Below are positions 46,843 to 56,731 of a stretch of 64,000 nucleotides of DNA, piece by piece (position 1 is the first letter of the stretch; the number at the start of each line of letters is the position of its first letter). Position numbers and translations under genes: made by a program. The notes under the pieces were generated by a model. That model was not told where the DNA came from, ran no database searches, and was given only the letters and a program-made list of their open reading frames with translations. Source of the stretch: Candidatus Latescibacterota bacterium (GTDB lineage: Bacteria > Latescibacterota > UBA2968); NCBI GenBank assembly GCA_965208125.1, contig OZ242320.1, positions 4,704,001 through 4,768,000 on the forward strand, written 5' to 3'.

Positions 46843-47700
46843 ATGTTTAAAAGTCTCAATGCAGGTGCAATTGGCGTAAGAGGAAGCGTTGATGAGTTGA
46901 TCGGCTATGCAAAACGCGCTGGATTTCAGGGGGTTGATCCCAATATTCAGGAGATTGCTTCTCTGGTCAATGCACATGGTGCAGAACATGTGAAGGGACT
47001 GTTTGCCGATGCCGGTTTGAGAATAGGGGCGTGGGGATTGCCCGTGAATTGGCGGGGAGATGAAGCCGAGTACAAAGCCGGTCTGTCAAGGTTGGGAGAG
47101 TTTGCCGCTACTGGTGCTGCTGTGGGGGCTACGCGGGTTGCTCAATGGGTGCCTGCGGCTTCTGAAGATCGCAAATTTGGCGATAATTTGAGGTGGCATA
47201 TTGATCGCTTTAAGCCGATTGCCGAAATTTTGGGCGAGCATGGATGCAGTCTGGGGCTGGAATTTATTGGGCCACGCACCCTGCGGGTTGATAAATCTTA
47301 TGGGTTTATTCACTCTATGGATGGCATGCTCGCGCTTGGCCATGCTATTGGCACCGGCAATGTGGGGTTGCTTCTCGATTGCTGGCATTGGTACACTGGA
47401 TTGGGGACTATATCAGACCTGATGGCATTGACTGCTGAAGATGTGGTGCACGTTCACGTCAATGACGCTCCTGATGGCGTTTATGTGGGCGATCAGATTG
47501 ACAACAAACGCGCTTTGCCGGGTGAGACGGGTGTAATCGATCTGGTGGGTTTTTTGAGCGCGCTGCAAAAAATTGGCTATGACGGCCCGGTGTCGCCCGA
47601 GCCTTTTAGTCAGTCAGTGCGGGAAATGGCGGCACAAGATGCCGTGCAAACAACACACGACGCACTGGATAAGAGTTGGCAAGCCGCTCAGTTATCGTGA
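46843..47700 (+). CDS. Sugar phosphate isomerase/epimerase (xylose isomerase-like TIM barrel)
   Basis: GLEFIGP, LLLDCWHWY, HVHVNDA, RALPGETGVID and PEPF. Confidence 0.9.
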   Translation: MFKSLNAGAIGVRGSVDELIGYAKRAGFQGVDPNIQEIASLVNAHGAEHVKGLFADAGLRIGAWGLPVNWRGDEAEYKAGLSRLGEFAATGAAVGATRVAQWVPAASEDRKFGDNLRWHIDRFKPIAEILGEHGCSLGLEFIGPRTLRVDKSYGFIHSMDGMLALGHAIGTGNVGLLLDCWHWYTGLGTISDLMALTAEDVVHVHVNDAPDGVYVGDQIDNKRALPGETGVIDLVGFLSALQKIGYDGPVSPEPFSQSVREMAAQDAVQTTHDALDKSWQAAQLS

Positions 47701-47711
47701 GGAGGACTGCG

Positions 47712-48266
47712 ATGGAGGCTTTTGTCGAGAATTACATCGCGCAAAATTTGACCTTGCTCAAAGCGCTGGATGCCAGGGCGATAGCCCGTATTATTGCTGA
47801 GTTTGGCAAGGCGAGAGATGCGCGCAAGAGAATTTATGCCATCGGCAATGGGGGCAGCGCGAGTACGGCATCGCATTTTGTGAACGATATGGGCAAGGGC
47901 GCGTCAATTGGGCGCGAAACGCGCTTTAAGACGATTCCGCTGACGGATAATGTGGAGTGGATGACGGCGTTGAGCAATGATTTGTGTTACGAAGATGTGT
48001 ATGTCGAGCAATTGAAAAATTTTGCAGAACCCGGCGATGTTTTGCTGGCGATAAGCGGGAGTGGAAATTCCGAAAATGTGTTGCGGGCGGTGCGATATGC
48101 CAACGAGGTGGGTTGTGTTACTATTGGGTTTACGGGATTTGAAGGGGGAAAACTTAGAGAACTCGTTCAATATTGCGTGGTGATTCCCTCTGACCACATG
48201 GGGCGCATCGAAGATATGCATCTTATTTTGCAACACATGATCTGTTATTATTTTATCGAACAGTGA
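47712..48266 (+). CDS. SIS-domain sugar-phosphate isomerase (GmhA-like)
   Basis: GNGGSASTASHF, TALSND, ISGSGNSENV and EDMHL. Confidence 0.88.
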   Translation: MEAFVENYIAQNLTLLKALDARAIARIIAEFGKARDARKRIYAIGNGGSASTASHFVNDMGKGASIGRETRFKTIPLTDNVEWMTALSNDLCYEDVYVEQLKNFAEPGDVLLAISGSGNSENVLRAVRYANEVGCVTIGFTGFEGGKLRELVQYCVVIPSDHMGRIEDMHLILQHMICYYFIEQ

Positions 48267-48275
48267 GTGTCATGC

Positions 48276-49301
48276 ATGGTGCGACTATTTGGGTTTCTGC
48301 TCATTCTCGCGCTCGGATCCGAGATTGGGTATCTCTATCAGTTGCTCAAAGGTCAGGTCGCGCTTCTGTGGAAAGCAGAATCCATTGAAAAAGTGCTTGA
48401 AGCGGGAAAACTCTCGCCCGATCAGCGCGCAAAATTGGAACTCGTGCAGGCTATTCGCGCGTTTGCCCAACGCGAAATTGGTCTGAATACCTCGAAAAAT
48501 TACACCGCGTATGTCGATATCGGGCGCGGGCCTGTGTCGTGGAATCTCGTTGTTTGTCCCAAAGATCGTCTCGAACCGCTCAAGTGGTCTTACCCTATCG
48601 TGGGCGCGGTTCCCTACCGGGGATATTTTGATCGCGCAAAAGCCGAGGAAGCGCGCGATCGATATGTGGCTGAGGGGTATGATATTTATTTGCGACCGGT
48701 GAGCGCGTATAGCACGCTGGGGTGGTTTTCCGATCCGGTATTGAGCACGATGTTGCGCTATTCCGAAGGCGATCTGGCCGATCTCATTATTCACGAGTTG
48801 ACGCATGCAACTGTGTGGATTGAAGGGGATGTTACCTTTAATGAAAGTCTGGCGAGTTTTGTCGGTGAAACCGGGGCGTTGATGTGGTTGCAGCGCAAAT
48901 ACGGCACTGATTCCGAAGCGGTGCATCGGGTGCTTGCCGAGCGTGCAGATGGTGTTGTTTTTCGAAAATTTATGCGCGATATTGCTTCCCGCCTTGATTC
49001 GCTTTACCAGTCCAATTCTCCCCATAAAATAACGCTGCGTCAGCAGATTTTCGATTCCGCACGCGCAAAATTTCACACTCTCCCTCTTAAGACTGAGCTA
49101 TATGTCCGCTTTCCTTTGTGGGAACTCAACAACGCGCGAATGGCTCTTTACCTGGTTTATCGGGAGCGCACGGATGTGTTTGCGCGTGTGTATCTGGCGT
49201 GTGGTAATGATTTGAAAGCTACGGTTGAGGTTTTGCGCCAATGTGCAAGTGCAGAGGATCCGGCATTGTGGCTGGAGGAATGGTTGCATAAAACAGGATA
49301 A
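48276..49301 (+). CDS. Predicted zinc aminopeptidase (DUF2265 family)
   Basis: GAVPYRGYF, AYSTLGWFSDP and IIHELTH...FNESLA. Confidence 0.88.
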   Translation: MVRLFGFLLILALGSEIGYLYQLLKGQVALLWKAESIEKVLEAGKLSPDQRAKLELVQAIRAFAQREIGLNTSKNYTAYVDIGRGPVSWNLVVCPKDRLEPLKWSYPIVGAVPYRGYFDRAKAEEARDRYVAEGYDIYLRPVSAYSTLGWFSDPVLSTMLRYSEGDLADLIIHELTHATVWIEGDVTFNESLASFVGETGALMWLQRKYGTDSEAVHRVLAERADGVVFRKFMRDIASRLDSLYQSNSPHKITLRQQIFDSARAKFHTLPLKTELYVRFPLWELNNARMALYLVYRERTDVFARVYLACGNDLKATVEVLRQCASAEDPALWLEEWLHKTG

Positions 49302-49310
49302 GGATTGGTT

Positions 49311-50459
49311 ATGACTTACAGAGTTGGTATTATTGGATGCGGTTCCATTGCGCGCAGTCACGCCGATGGGTATTTGCGCGTTGCCAATGCAGAGATGGTG
49401 GCGGTTGCCGATCCCCATCCGGTTGCGCGAGAACAATTTTGTGAGGAGTTTGGCATTCCCAAAGCCTATGCTTCACTTGAGGAGATGGTAGCAAACGAAG
49501 GACTCGATATCGTCAGTGTTTGCACATGGCATCTTCTCCATCCGGATTGCACGATTGGCGCGGCGAATGGCGGTGTGCCAGGTGTTATTTGCGAAAAGCC
49601 TATGGCGATTGGTCTTGGTGAGGCAAATCGCATGCTGGATGCGTGTGAAAAAAATGGGACGAAGCTGGTGGTCAGTCATCAGCGGCGTTTTACTCCCGGT
49701 TGGGAAAAAGCGCGGGCGTTGATGCGCGAGAAGATTATTGGCGATGCTGTGATGGTGCAGGGACAGGTCGCGCAGGGGTTGATTAACTGGGCGACGCATA
49801 CTATTGACGGCATTCGGTTTGTCCTGGATGATCCGGAGACTGAGTGGGTGATGGGTGCTGTCGAGCGGCAGACCGATCGCTTTGAGCGCGATACGCCGAT
49901 TGAGGATGCGTGTATGGGCCTGATAGCGTTTGCCAATGGCGCTCAGGCTTTGATCCAGGCGGATTTGAACCGCCCGGGTGAACAGGCAGGGCATTTTCAG
50001 ATTCGAGGGTCAGAGGGATTGATGGAGGTGACCGAAAACTCGGTTCGCGTGTTCAATACAGGTGGATGGAAGGATGTGGAAATTGTAGCTGGCGAAGATT
50101 ATCGCGCAATTGGCGGCGAGACCAATGCCGCTTCTGTGCGCGAGTTGATTGCGTGGTTAGAAGGAGGCGAGGAACACCGCGCTTCGGGACGCAAGGCGCG
50201 TGCGACCGTCGAGATTATGATGGCGCTTTTTGAATCGGCGCGGCAACATCGGGTTGTGCATCTGCCGCTTGGGGAAATGGGCTATCCGCTGCAATTGATG
50301 ATCGAAGAGGGCAAGCTGCCCGTTGAAGTGCCCGGGCGATACGATATTCGCGCTTTTCTCAATCCCGAGGGGATGGATGAAGCGGCTTACAGACGGCTGC
50401 GTGCTGAAGGTGTGAGCCATTCTGCGGCGATGCGTCAGCTTGCGGACGAAAAGCGATGA
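49311..50459 (+). CDS. Gfo/Idh/MocA family oxidoreductase
   Basis: GIIGCGSIA, ICEKPMA and THTID. Confidence 0.92.
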   Translation: MTYRVGIIGCGSIARSHADGYLRVANAEMVAVADPHPVAREQFCEEFGIPKAYASLEEMVANEGLDIVSVCTWHLLHPDCTIGAANGGVPGVICEKPMAIGLGEANRMLDACEKNGTKLVVSHQRRFTPGWEKARALMREKIIGDAVMVQGQVAQGLINWATHTIDGIRFVLDDPETEWVMGAVERQTDRFERDTPIEDACMGLIAFANGAQALIQADLNRPGEQAGHFQIRGSEGLMEVTENSVRVFNTGGWKDVEIVAGEDYRAIGGETNAASVRELIAWLEGGEEHRASGRKARATVEIMMALFESARQHRVVHLPLGEMGYPLQLMIEEGKLPVEVPGRYDIRAFLNPEGMDEAAYRRLRAEGVSHSAAMRQLADEKR

Positions 50460-52870
50460 GCAATACTATGAACGCAAACCGCAAATTTCTGCCTTTTCTG
50501 ATTATCCTCTTTGTGGGAAGTGGATGCGCCGCACTCATTTACGAAATTGTCTGGTTTCAGATGCTGCAACTGATTATCGGGTCTTCGGCAATTTCTCTCG
50601 GCATCTTGCTGGGTACGTTTATGGGCGGAATGTGCGTTGGTAGTGTGATGCTCTCGCGCATTATTTCAACGCGCTATCATCCGTTAAAGGTCTATGCGCT
50701 TTTGGAGTTGGGCATTGGCGTCGCGGGTCTAATTTTGCTTTTCGTCCTGCCTTTGATCGGCACGATTTATATCGGTGTGGCAGCCTATGGATTATGGGGG
50801 CATTTCCTGCGGGGGATTGTCTGTGCGATCTGTCTTTTTTTTCCCACGGTGCTGATGGGCGCGACTCTGCCTGCGATAGCGCGGTGGACAGAGTCAACGC
50901 CGCGCGGTGTTTCGTGGCTCGGTTTTTTTTACGGGGGAAATATTGCCGGTGCTGTTTGCGGGTGTTTGTTCGCGGGTTTTTATCTGCTACGCCTGTACGA
51001 TGTGGTTACGGCGACTTATGTGGCGGTCGCGCTTAATTTAGCTGTGGCACTTGTCGGGTACGGGTTGGCACAATGGGCTGAGTACGATGCGTCAATGGCA
51101 AAAACGACCACGCGCAGTTTGTGGATTTCAGAAGCTCGATCAGTTTATGTGACCATTGCAATTTCCGGCGCGTGCGCGCTGGGTGCTCAGGTGATTTGGA
51201 CGCGGTTGTTGTCGCTAATGATGGGGGCGACGGTTTACGCTTTTTCAATTATCCTGGGGGTTTTTCTAATCGGGCTGGGTGTGGGGAGTAGTGTGGGGGC
51301 GTATTTTGCACGCACCAAAGTAAATCCCAAAATCGCGCTCGGGTGGTGCCAACTGCTTCTTGTTGGCGCGATTGCCTGGGCGGCTTATGCGCTTTCTCAG
51401 TTGCTTCCTTACTGGACATCGGGCGGAACAACCACGGTGCGTTTTCAACTGGATTTGCTGCGTTGCTTTGTGGCTATTTTTCCCGCGACCGTGCTGTGGG
51501 GCATGAGTTTTCCACTGGCACTTGCTGCGGCGCGTTTACAGGGGCGCGACCCCGGCGTTCTGGCTGGCAGTGTGTATGCGGCCAATACGGCAGGTGCAAT
51601 TGTGGGTGCACTCGGTTTTAGTGTGGTTTTAATCGCGCTTTTGGGGACGCAGATAGCGCAACAGGTGCTACTCATCCTTTCTGCATTTGGGGCTGTTTTG
51701 ATGTTTGGGCGAAGTTTGTGGCAGGTGAGAGATGAAGGCAGAACTGTCAGGTCGGATCGGTGGGTTGGCATTGCTGTGGGTGTTGCCTTGCTGGTGTGGA
51801 GTGTACAGGGACCGCCGCCGTCGCTGATTGCTTATGGCCGTTCGCTTCTCGATTGGGGAGAGGACGCGACATATATTTACGCGGGTGAAGGGATGAATGC
51901 ATCGGTTGCGGTGTCTGAGTTGGACAATGGCGTGCGAAATTTTCACGTTAGTGGAAAAATTGTGGCATCGAGCGAGCCACAGGATATGCGTTTGCAGCGC
52001 CTGTTGGGGCATCTCTCTGCATTGATGCACAGGGAACCGCGTTCTGTACTCGTGGTTGGATGTGGTGCTGGGGTGACGGCGGGAATCTATGTGTTGTATC
52101 CAAGTGTTGAACGCATTGTTATCTGCGAAATCGAGCCGTTGATTCCACCTGCGGCTGAGGTGTATTTTGGACCAGAGAACTACGATGTATTAAAAGATCC
52201 CCGCGTAGAGATCATTATTGACGATGCGCGACATTATCTGCTGGCAACAGATGAGAAATTCGATATCATTACGTCTGATCCGATTCACCCCTGGGTTAAG
52301 GGTGCTGGCGCGCTGTATTCAAAAGAGTATTTTGAATTGTGCAAAAAGCGTTTGAACCCCGAAGGTGTTGTGACGCAGTGGGTTCCGCTTTACGAGTCGC
52401 GGTTGGATGCGGTGAAGAGCGAGATCGCGACTTTTTTTCAGGTGTTTCCATACGGGACAATTTGGGGCAATCAGAATGAAGGCGAGGGGTATGATGTTGT
52501 GCTATTGGGACAGAAAGATTCTCGCGTCGTCGATGTGGATGCCTTGCAGGCGCGTTTGGATCGCGAGGATTACACGGAGGTGTGGTACTCGCTTGATGAT
52601 GTGTCTTTGGGATCATCTGTCGCGCTGCTTTCGACGTATGCCGGGCGTGCATCTGATCTGGGCGAATGGCTCGCAGATGCCGAGATCAATCTGGATCGCA
52701 ATATGCGGCTCCAGTATTTGGCGGGATTGGGTTTAAATACCTATGAAGCAGATGCGATTTATACGGTGCTTTTGGAACAGGCGCGTTATCCCGATAATTT
52801 TTTTGTTGCGACCGAAGCGATGGAAACCGCATTGAAGGCGCAACTTAATCGGCAGCATACGGGAAGATGA
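50456..52870 (+). CDS. Fused MFS-like/spermidine synthase protein
   Basis: SGCAALIYEIVW TM repeats; VLVVGCGAGVT; CEIEP; DDARHYL; DIITSDP. Confidence 0.9.
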   Translation: MSNTMNANRKFLPFLIILFVGSGCAALIYEIVWFQMLQLIIGSSAISLGILLGTFMGGMCVGSVMLSRIISTRYHPLKVYALLELGIGVAGLILLFVLPLIGTIYIGVAAYGLWGHFLRGIVCAICLFFPTVLMGATLPAIARWTESTPRGVSWLGFFYGGNIAGAVCGCLFAGFYLLRLYDVVTATYVAVALNLAVALVGYGLAQWAEYDASMAKTTTRSLWISEARSVYVTIAISGACALGAQVIWTRLLSLMMGATVYAFSIILGVFLIGLGVGSSVGAYFARTKVNPKIALGWCQLLLVGAIAWAAYALSQLLPYWTSGGTTTVRFQLDLLRCFVAIFPATVLWGMSFPLALAAARLQGRDPGVLAGSVYAANTAGAIVGALGFSVVLIALLGTQIAQQVLLILSAFGAVLMFGRSLWQVRDEGRTVRSDRWVGIAVGVALLVWSVQGPPPSLIAYGRSLLDWGEDATYIYAGEGMNASVAVSELDNGVRNFHVSGKIVASSEPQDMRLQRLLGHLSALMHREPRSVLVVGCGAGVTAGIYVLYPSVERIVICEIEPLIPPAAEVYFGPENYDVLKDPRVEIIIDDARHYLLATDEKFDIITSDPIHPWVKGAGALYSKEYFELCKKRLNPEGVVTQWVPLYESRLDAVKSEIATFFQVFPYGTIWGNQNEGEGYDVVLLGQKDSRVVDVDALQARLDREDYTEVWYSLDDVSLGSSVALLSTYAGRASDLGEWLADAEINLDRNMRLQYLAGLGLNTYEADAIYTVLLEQARYPDNFFVATEAMETALKAQLNRQHTGR

Positions 52871-52962
52871 TGAAACTGGCGTGTTGCTGGCTTGTCAAAT
52901 TTGGAAGAAGGCCACTATTGGCGCACAATAGGGTTATGCCGTTCTTGAAAGGAGGAGAAAAT

Positions 52963-53220
52963 ATGTTCTTTGAAGTAACATGTGTCCTTGGTGTTCCTGG
53001 CAATGATCCCCAATTTATATGGGTGATACGAGATAAAGAACTAGGTGACACTAGAATTGCAAGGTCTATGATTGTGTTTGATACAAGGGAGGCTTGCGAT
53101 AGAGAAATGCAAACCGTTAAGCAGAGAATGTGGAGTTACCCCGCTTTAGTGGATAATGTAGAACTTTCAACCCCCTCATCCTTTGCCCGTTTGGATAAAG
53201 GGCGATGGCACCAGGCATAA
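52963..53220 (+). CDS. Small YegP/DUF1508-like protein whose 3' end is replaced by IS sequence
   Basis: GGAGG RBS; F.W..R...IARS...F..REAC.REM..VK pattern; codons after 53130 come from the IS end. Confidence 0.5.
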   Translation: MFFEVTCVLGVPGNDPQFIWVIRDKELGDTRIARSMIVFDTREACDREMQTVKQRMWSYPALVDNVELSTPSSFARLDKGRWHQA

Positions 53221-53307
53221 TACCCGCTCTTTGAGACACCCAGCACTTGGCATAGCATGGTGATCGGATAGATGGCCTGATGCGCCTTTATATATCTGAA
53301 GATTTTG
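53135..53307 (-). pseudogene. Truncated IS3 OrfB (no DDE core)
   Basis: -1 frame reads KIFRYIKAHQAIYPITMLCQVLGVSKSGYYAWCHRPLSKRAKDE and then runs into the IR; candidate slippery site C CCA AAA. Confidence 0.8.
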
Positions 53308-53599
53308 GGGGTATCGCATCGGTCTCCGCTGCGAACCAGGCCGCGGCTTTTGCAAGGATCTCGCGCTCTTGTCGTAAGCGTTTATTTTCTCTGCGAAGCC
53401 TTTGAAGCTCTACGCGCTCACGGCTTGTCAACCCATCGTCTCGACGGCCTTCATCGCGGTCGGCTTGACGTACCCAGGCACTGATCGTCTGCGCTGTCGG
53501 CTCAAACTCTTTGGCTAAATCGTTGGCACTACGACCCGATCTGACCAGATCGACCATTTGCTGGCGAAATGCTGCTGGATATGATCTTTTTCTTCCCAT
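53288..53599 (-). CDS. IS3-family transposase OrfA
   Basis: YPAAFRQQMVDLVRSG HTH; ELQRLRRENKRLRQEREILAKAAAWFA. Confidence 0.92.
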   Translation of the reverse strand: MGRKRSYPAAFRQQMVDLVRSGRSANDLAKEFEPTAQTISAWVRQADRDEGRRDDGLTSRERVELQRLRRENKRLRQEREILAKAAAWFAAETDAIPPKSSDI

Positions 53600-53758
53600 T
53601 GTGGACTCCTTTCTCTGAAAGAGATAAGTTGTCCACTAAAACGGGTCAAGTCCAGTCTCGCATACAAACTTGATCTGGGGATAGTTCATACAGTATTTTT
53701 CTCGTTGTCATCACATTTATCACAATATAACTGACTATTCATCTTCAACTTCACACAG

Positions 53759-55351
53759 CTACATTCCCCACACGGTGACCTTCGCATCTCCTATGCCCTC
53801 CTCTCGGCGGAATATCTTGTCGTTCCACGACTTGCCAGTGGTGCGGTCAAAGACCACGAGATGGCCTTCAGTCGCGGCGCAGCGATCCATGTAGGCGCGG
53901 GTCTGTTCAAGGCCCTCGCGCACTGTCTGATCTAAGCTCTTGTAAAGCAATTTGCATTCGATCACCACCCGCTGTACCGATTGAAAAGGTTGAGCATCCC
54001 CGGGTGCTGGCCACAGAATCAGCAGGTCTGTACGCATGCGTCCCAATCCATACTCCCGCTCAATCCGTCCGCCACTGTTGACAATGCGCTGGAGGAACGC
54101 CTGTAGCAGTAACTGAGGACCGGCTTCTTTGTACTGAAAACGTTCGACCCAGTGTTCTGAGTGTTCGCGGAAGAATGACTGAAATGCGGTCAGCAGTTTG
54201 TCCACTTGAAGACGTCTACCCTTATCCACATACCAGGCAGGATCGTGGTGAAGACCCGCCTCCGTCGCATACGTGAGGTCGCGTGGGATCACTTCCTGGT
54301 AAATGGGATTAGCTATGCTGAGAGGATTTTGTTGGCGCACCAGACCCAGATCCCGAACATACTCAATATCCCGCGCCGAAAAATCGCGTTCATCTCTGCC
54401 GCTCAGCAGTGGCTCAATAACGCGCCGAACACGTTCCTCCTGGAGCTTGTCGGTGAGTTGGTCAAGGTGGGTCTCGCGGCGTAGGATGAGTTCCTCCCGC
54501 GCATCGCATATCGCGTTGGCTGTAACAGGCTGGCTGCGATCCCGCCTGGCCTTGTTCTTAAAGCAGGCTTCGTACGCCAGAGCATTCACCAGCCAAGGCT
54601 GACCTTGGGTAAGTTTCCATACTTCGTCCAGGGCATCCTCAGTCCAAGCTTGTCCGGTCTCCTCGGTATGTTGCGTCAGCAGATTTTGCACATCGTCCGC
54701 TGTGAAATCACCGAGTCGCAGGGACTCCGCTTTGATGTTAAACGCGCTACCGCCAGCGATGATGGCGTTTTCTGCGGTGGAGTGAATGCGATAGTCGCGC
54801 ACATCTCGCACACCGCACAGGATGACACTTTGCGGGAAACGCTGTGGTCGTTGCGGGTACCCTGCACGAAGTTGCCGCAGCACGGATAGGAGCGTGTCTC
54901 CGACCAGTGCGTCAATCTCGTCAATCATCAGTACGAGCGGCGTGGTATCGTTCGCGGCCCAAAGCATTAGCACATCCTGAAGTGCATCGTGTGGACCTAC
55001 CTCTTCGAGGGTATCTCGCCACACCTTCTTCACGAAGTGGTCACCTAAAATATATTCCGCCTCACGAGCCAGTTGGCTGAGTATGGCCCGCATGGCTGCT
55101 TCCACATCTTCGCGAGCCGGTTGGGCAGTCTCGACGTTTATGTAAGCACAACGATACTGCCCGCTTTCGTTTAGTTCTTCCATCAGTGCCAGCATTGCGG
55201 ATGTCTTACCCGTCTGCCGGGGAGCGTGTAGCACGAAGTATTTTTCTTGATGAATCAGAGGTAGGACTTCATCAATGTCGATTCGTTCCAATGGCGGGAC
55301 ATAGTAGTGAATATCTGGCTTGATAGGACCGGCTGTGTTGAAAAAACGCAT
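53759..55351 (-). CDS. AAA-family ATPase with C-terminal PD-(D/E)XK nuclease-like domain
   Basis: MRFFNTAGP; HAPRQTGKTS (Walker A); LMIDEIDAL (Walker B); REYGLGRMRTDL...VIECK. Confidence 0.88.
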   Translation of the reverse strand: MRFFNTAGPIKPDIHYYVPPLERIDIDEVLPLIHQEKYFVLHAPRQTGKTSAMLALMEELNESGQYRCAYINVETAQPAREDVEAAMRAILSQLAREAEYILGDHFVKKVWRDTLEEVGPHDALQDVLMLWAANDTTPLVLMIDEIDALVGDTLLSVLRQLRAGYPQRPQRFPQSVILCGVRDVRDYRIHSTAENAIIAGGSAFNIKAESLRLGDFTADDVQNLLTQHTEETGQAWTEDALDEVWKLTQGQPWLVNALAYEACFKNKARRDRSQPVTANAICDAREELILRRETHLDQLTDKLQEERVRRVIEPLLSGRDERDFSARDIEYVRDLGLVRQQNPLSIANPIYQEVIPRDLTYATEAGLHHDPAWYVDKGRRLQVDKLLTAFQSFFREHSEHWVERFQYKEAGPQLLLQAFLQRIVNSGGRIEREYGLGRMRTDLLILWPAPGDAQPFQSVQRVVIECKLLYKSLDQTVREGLEQTRAYMDRCAATEGHLVVFDRTTGKSWNDKIFRREEGIGDAKVTVWGM

Positions 55352-55611
55352 TGCTTGCACCTTAGTGATTGAACTTCGCAATACAGGTGAATCGCAAAAT
55401 GGGTTGATCTGAGCATTGTATTTCTTTTGTCCTGTGGCAAGATAACCCAAATTCAAAAGGGTGTCAATAAACCGCCTTTAATCACAAGGCGATATACAAC
55501 AAAAACCCTCGCCACTTAAACTCCTTGACAGTCAAGAGCATATCTCAGAATTTTAATCTCTATGCAAGACCGAGATTAAAGAAGACAATTTGTAGAGGAG
55601 GCGTTTACAGT

Positions 55612-56730
55612 ATGGAAAAGGTGAGAGTTGGTATTATTGGCATTGGCGGGAGAGGGAGCGGTCACGCGAAGTATTTTGCGGAGGGGGATATTCCGCATGG
55701 AGAATTGACTGCGGTCTGCGATGTCGATCCGGATAGGATTCAGTGGGCGCGTGAAACCCTCGGGGAAAATGTGCGTACATTCGACAATGGCGATGATCTG
55801 ATCACGTCGGGAGCTGTTGATGCGATTATTGTGGCGACACCGCATTACGATCATCCGACTTATGCAATAAAGGGATTTGAGAACGATTTGCATGTTTTGA
55901 TCGAGAAACCCGCAGGTGTATATACGAGGCAAGTCTATGAGATGAATGAGGCCGCTGAAAAAAGTGGCAAAGTATTTGCCCTGATGTTCAATCAGAGAAC
56001 CCGCCCACACCATCAAAAATTGCGAGAATTGGTGGCTTCTGGCGAATTGGGAGATATTCAGCGCACGAATTATCTCGTCACAAACTGGTTTCGCGCTCAA
56101 AGTTATTACGATAAGGGCGAATGGCGCGCGACCTGGTCGGGTGAAGGGGGCGGTGTGTTGATGAATCAGTGTCCTCATAATTTGGATCTGTGGCAGTGGA
56201 TCTGCGGGATGCCCTCGCGCGTACGCGCTTTTATTAGCTATGGCAAATATCACGATATTGAGGTGGATGACGATGTCACTGCGTATGTGGAGTACGACAG
56301 CGGTGCGACGGGCGTGTTCATTACCACAACCGGAGAGTTTCCCGGAAGCAATCGCCTGGAGATAGCGACGGATCGCGGCAAGGTGGTTATGGAAGGCAAT
56401 AAAATTGTGTGGTGGCGTTCAAATGTTTCTCTGAGCGAGTTTTCTCGGGGATATACGGGCGGCTTTGGAAAGCCGAAAGCGGAAAAACTCGATATCCCTC
56501 TCGGCGAAGATGGCGGGGCGCACCGCGGTATCATTAACAATTGGTGTGATGCCATATTGAACGGGAGTCCACTGCTCGCGCCCGGGGTTGAGGGAATTCA
56601 CGGGGTTGAATTGTCAAATGCGATGCTTTTGTCATCATGGCTGGACGATTGGGTCGATATTCCCGTTGATCGGGATCTGTATTTTGAAAGATTACAAGAA
56701 AAAATTCAAAATTCGCAGCAGGGGACTTAA
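55612..56730 (+). CDS. Gfo/Idh/MocA family oxidoreductase
   Basis: GIIGIGGRG, LIEKPAG and GGGVLMNQCPHNLD; GGAGG RBS before 55612. Confidence 0.93.
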   Translation: MEKVRVGIIGIGGRGSGHAKYFAEGDIPHGELTAVCDVDPDRIQWARETLGENVRTFDNGDDLITSGAVDAIIVATPHYDHPTYAIKGFENDLHVLIEKPAGVYTRQVYEMNEAAEKSGKVFALMFNQRTRPHHQKLRELVASGELGDIQRTNYLVTNWFRAQSYYDKGEWRATWSGEGGGVLMNQCPHNLDLWQWICGMPSRVRAFISYGKYHDIEVDDDVTAYVEYDSGATGVFITTTGEFPGSNRLEIATDRGKVVMEGNKIVWWRSNVSLSEFSRGYTGGFGKPKAEKLDIPLGEDGGAHRGIINNWCDAILNGSPLLAPGVEGIHGVELSNAMLLSSWLDDWVDIPVDRDLYFERLQEKIQNSQQGT

Positions 56731-56731
56731 A

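Larger units (their letters stand above)
53131..53654 (-). mobile_element. Internally deleted IS3-family element (524 bp) with both terminal inverted repeats
   Basis: IRs TGGAGTTACCCCGCTTTAGTGGATAA (from 53131) and TGGACTTGACCCGTTTTAGTGGACAA (reverse, from 53654); intact orfA; only about 40 orfB codons. Confidence 0.88.

Noticed and set aside
47712-48266. gmhA as part of LPS heptose synthesis
   Set aside because: No hldE, gmhB or LPS genes nearby; left as a generic SIS isomerase.
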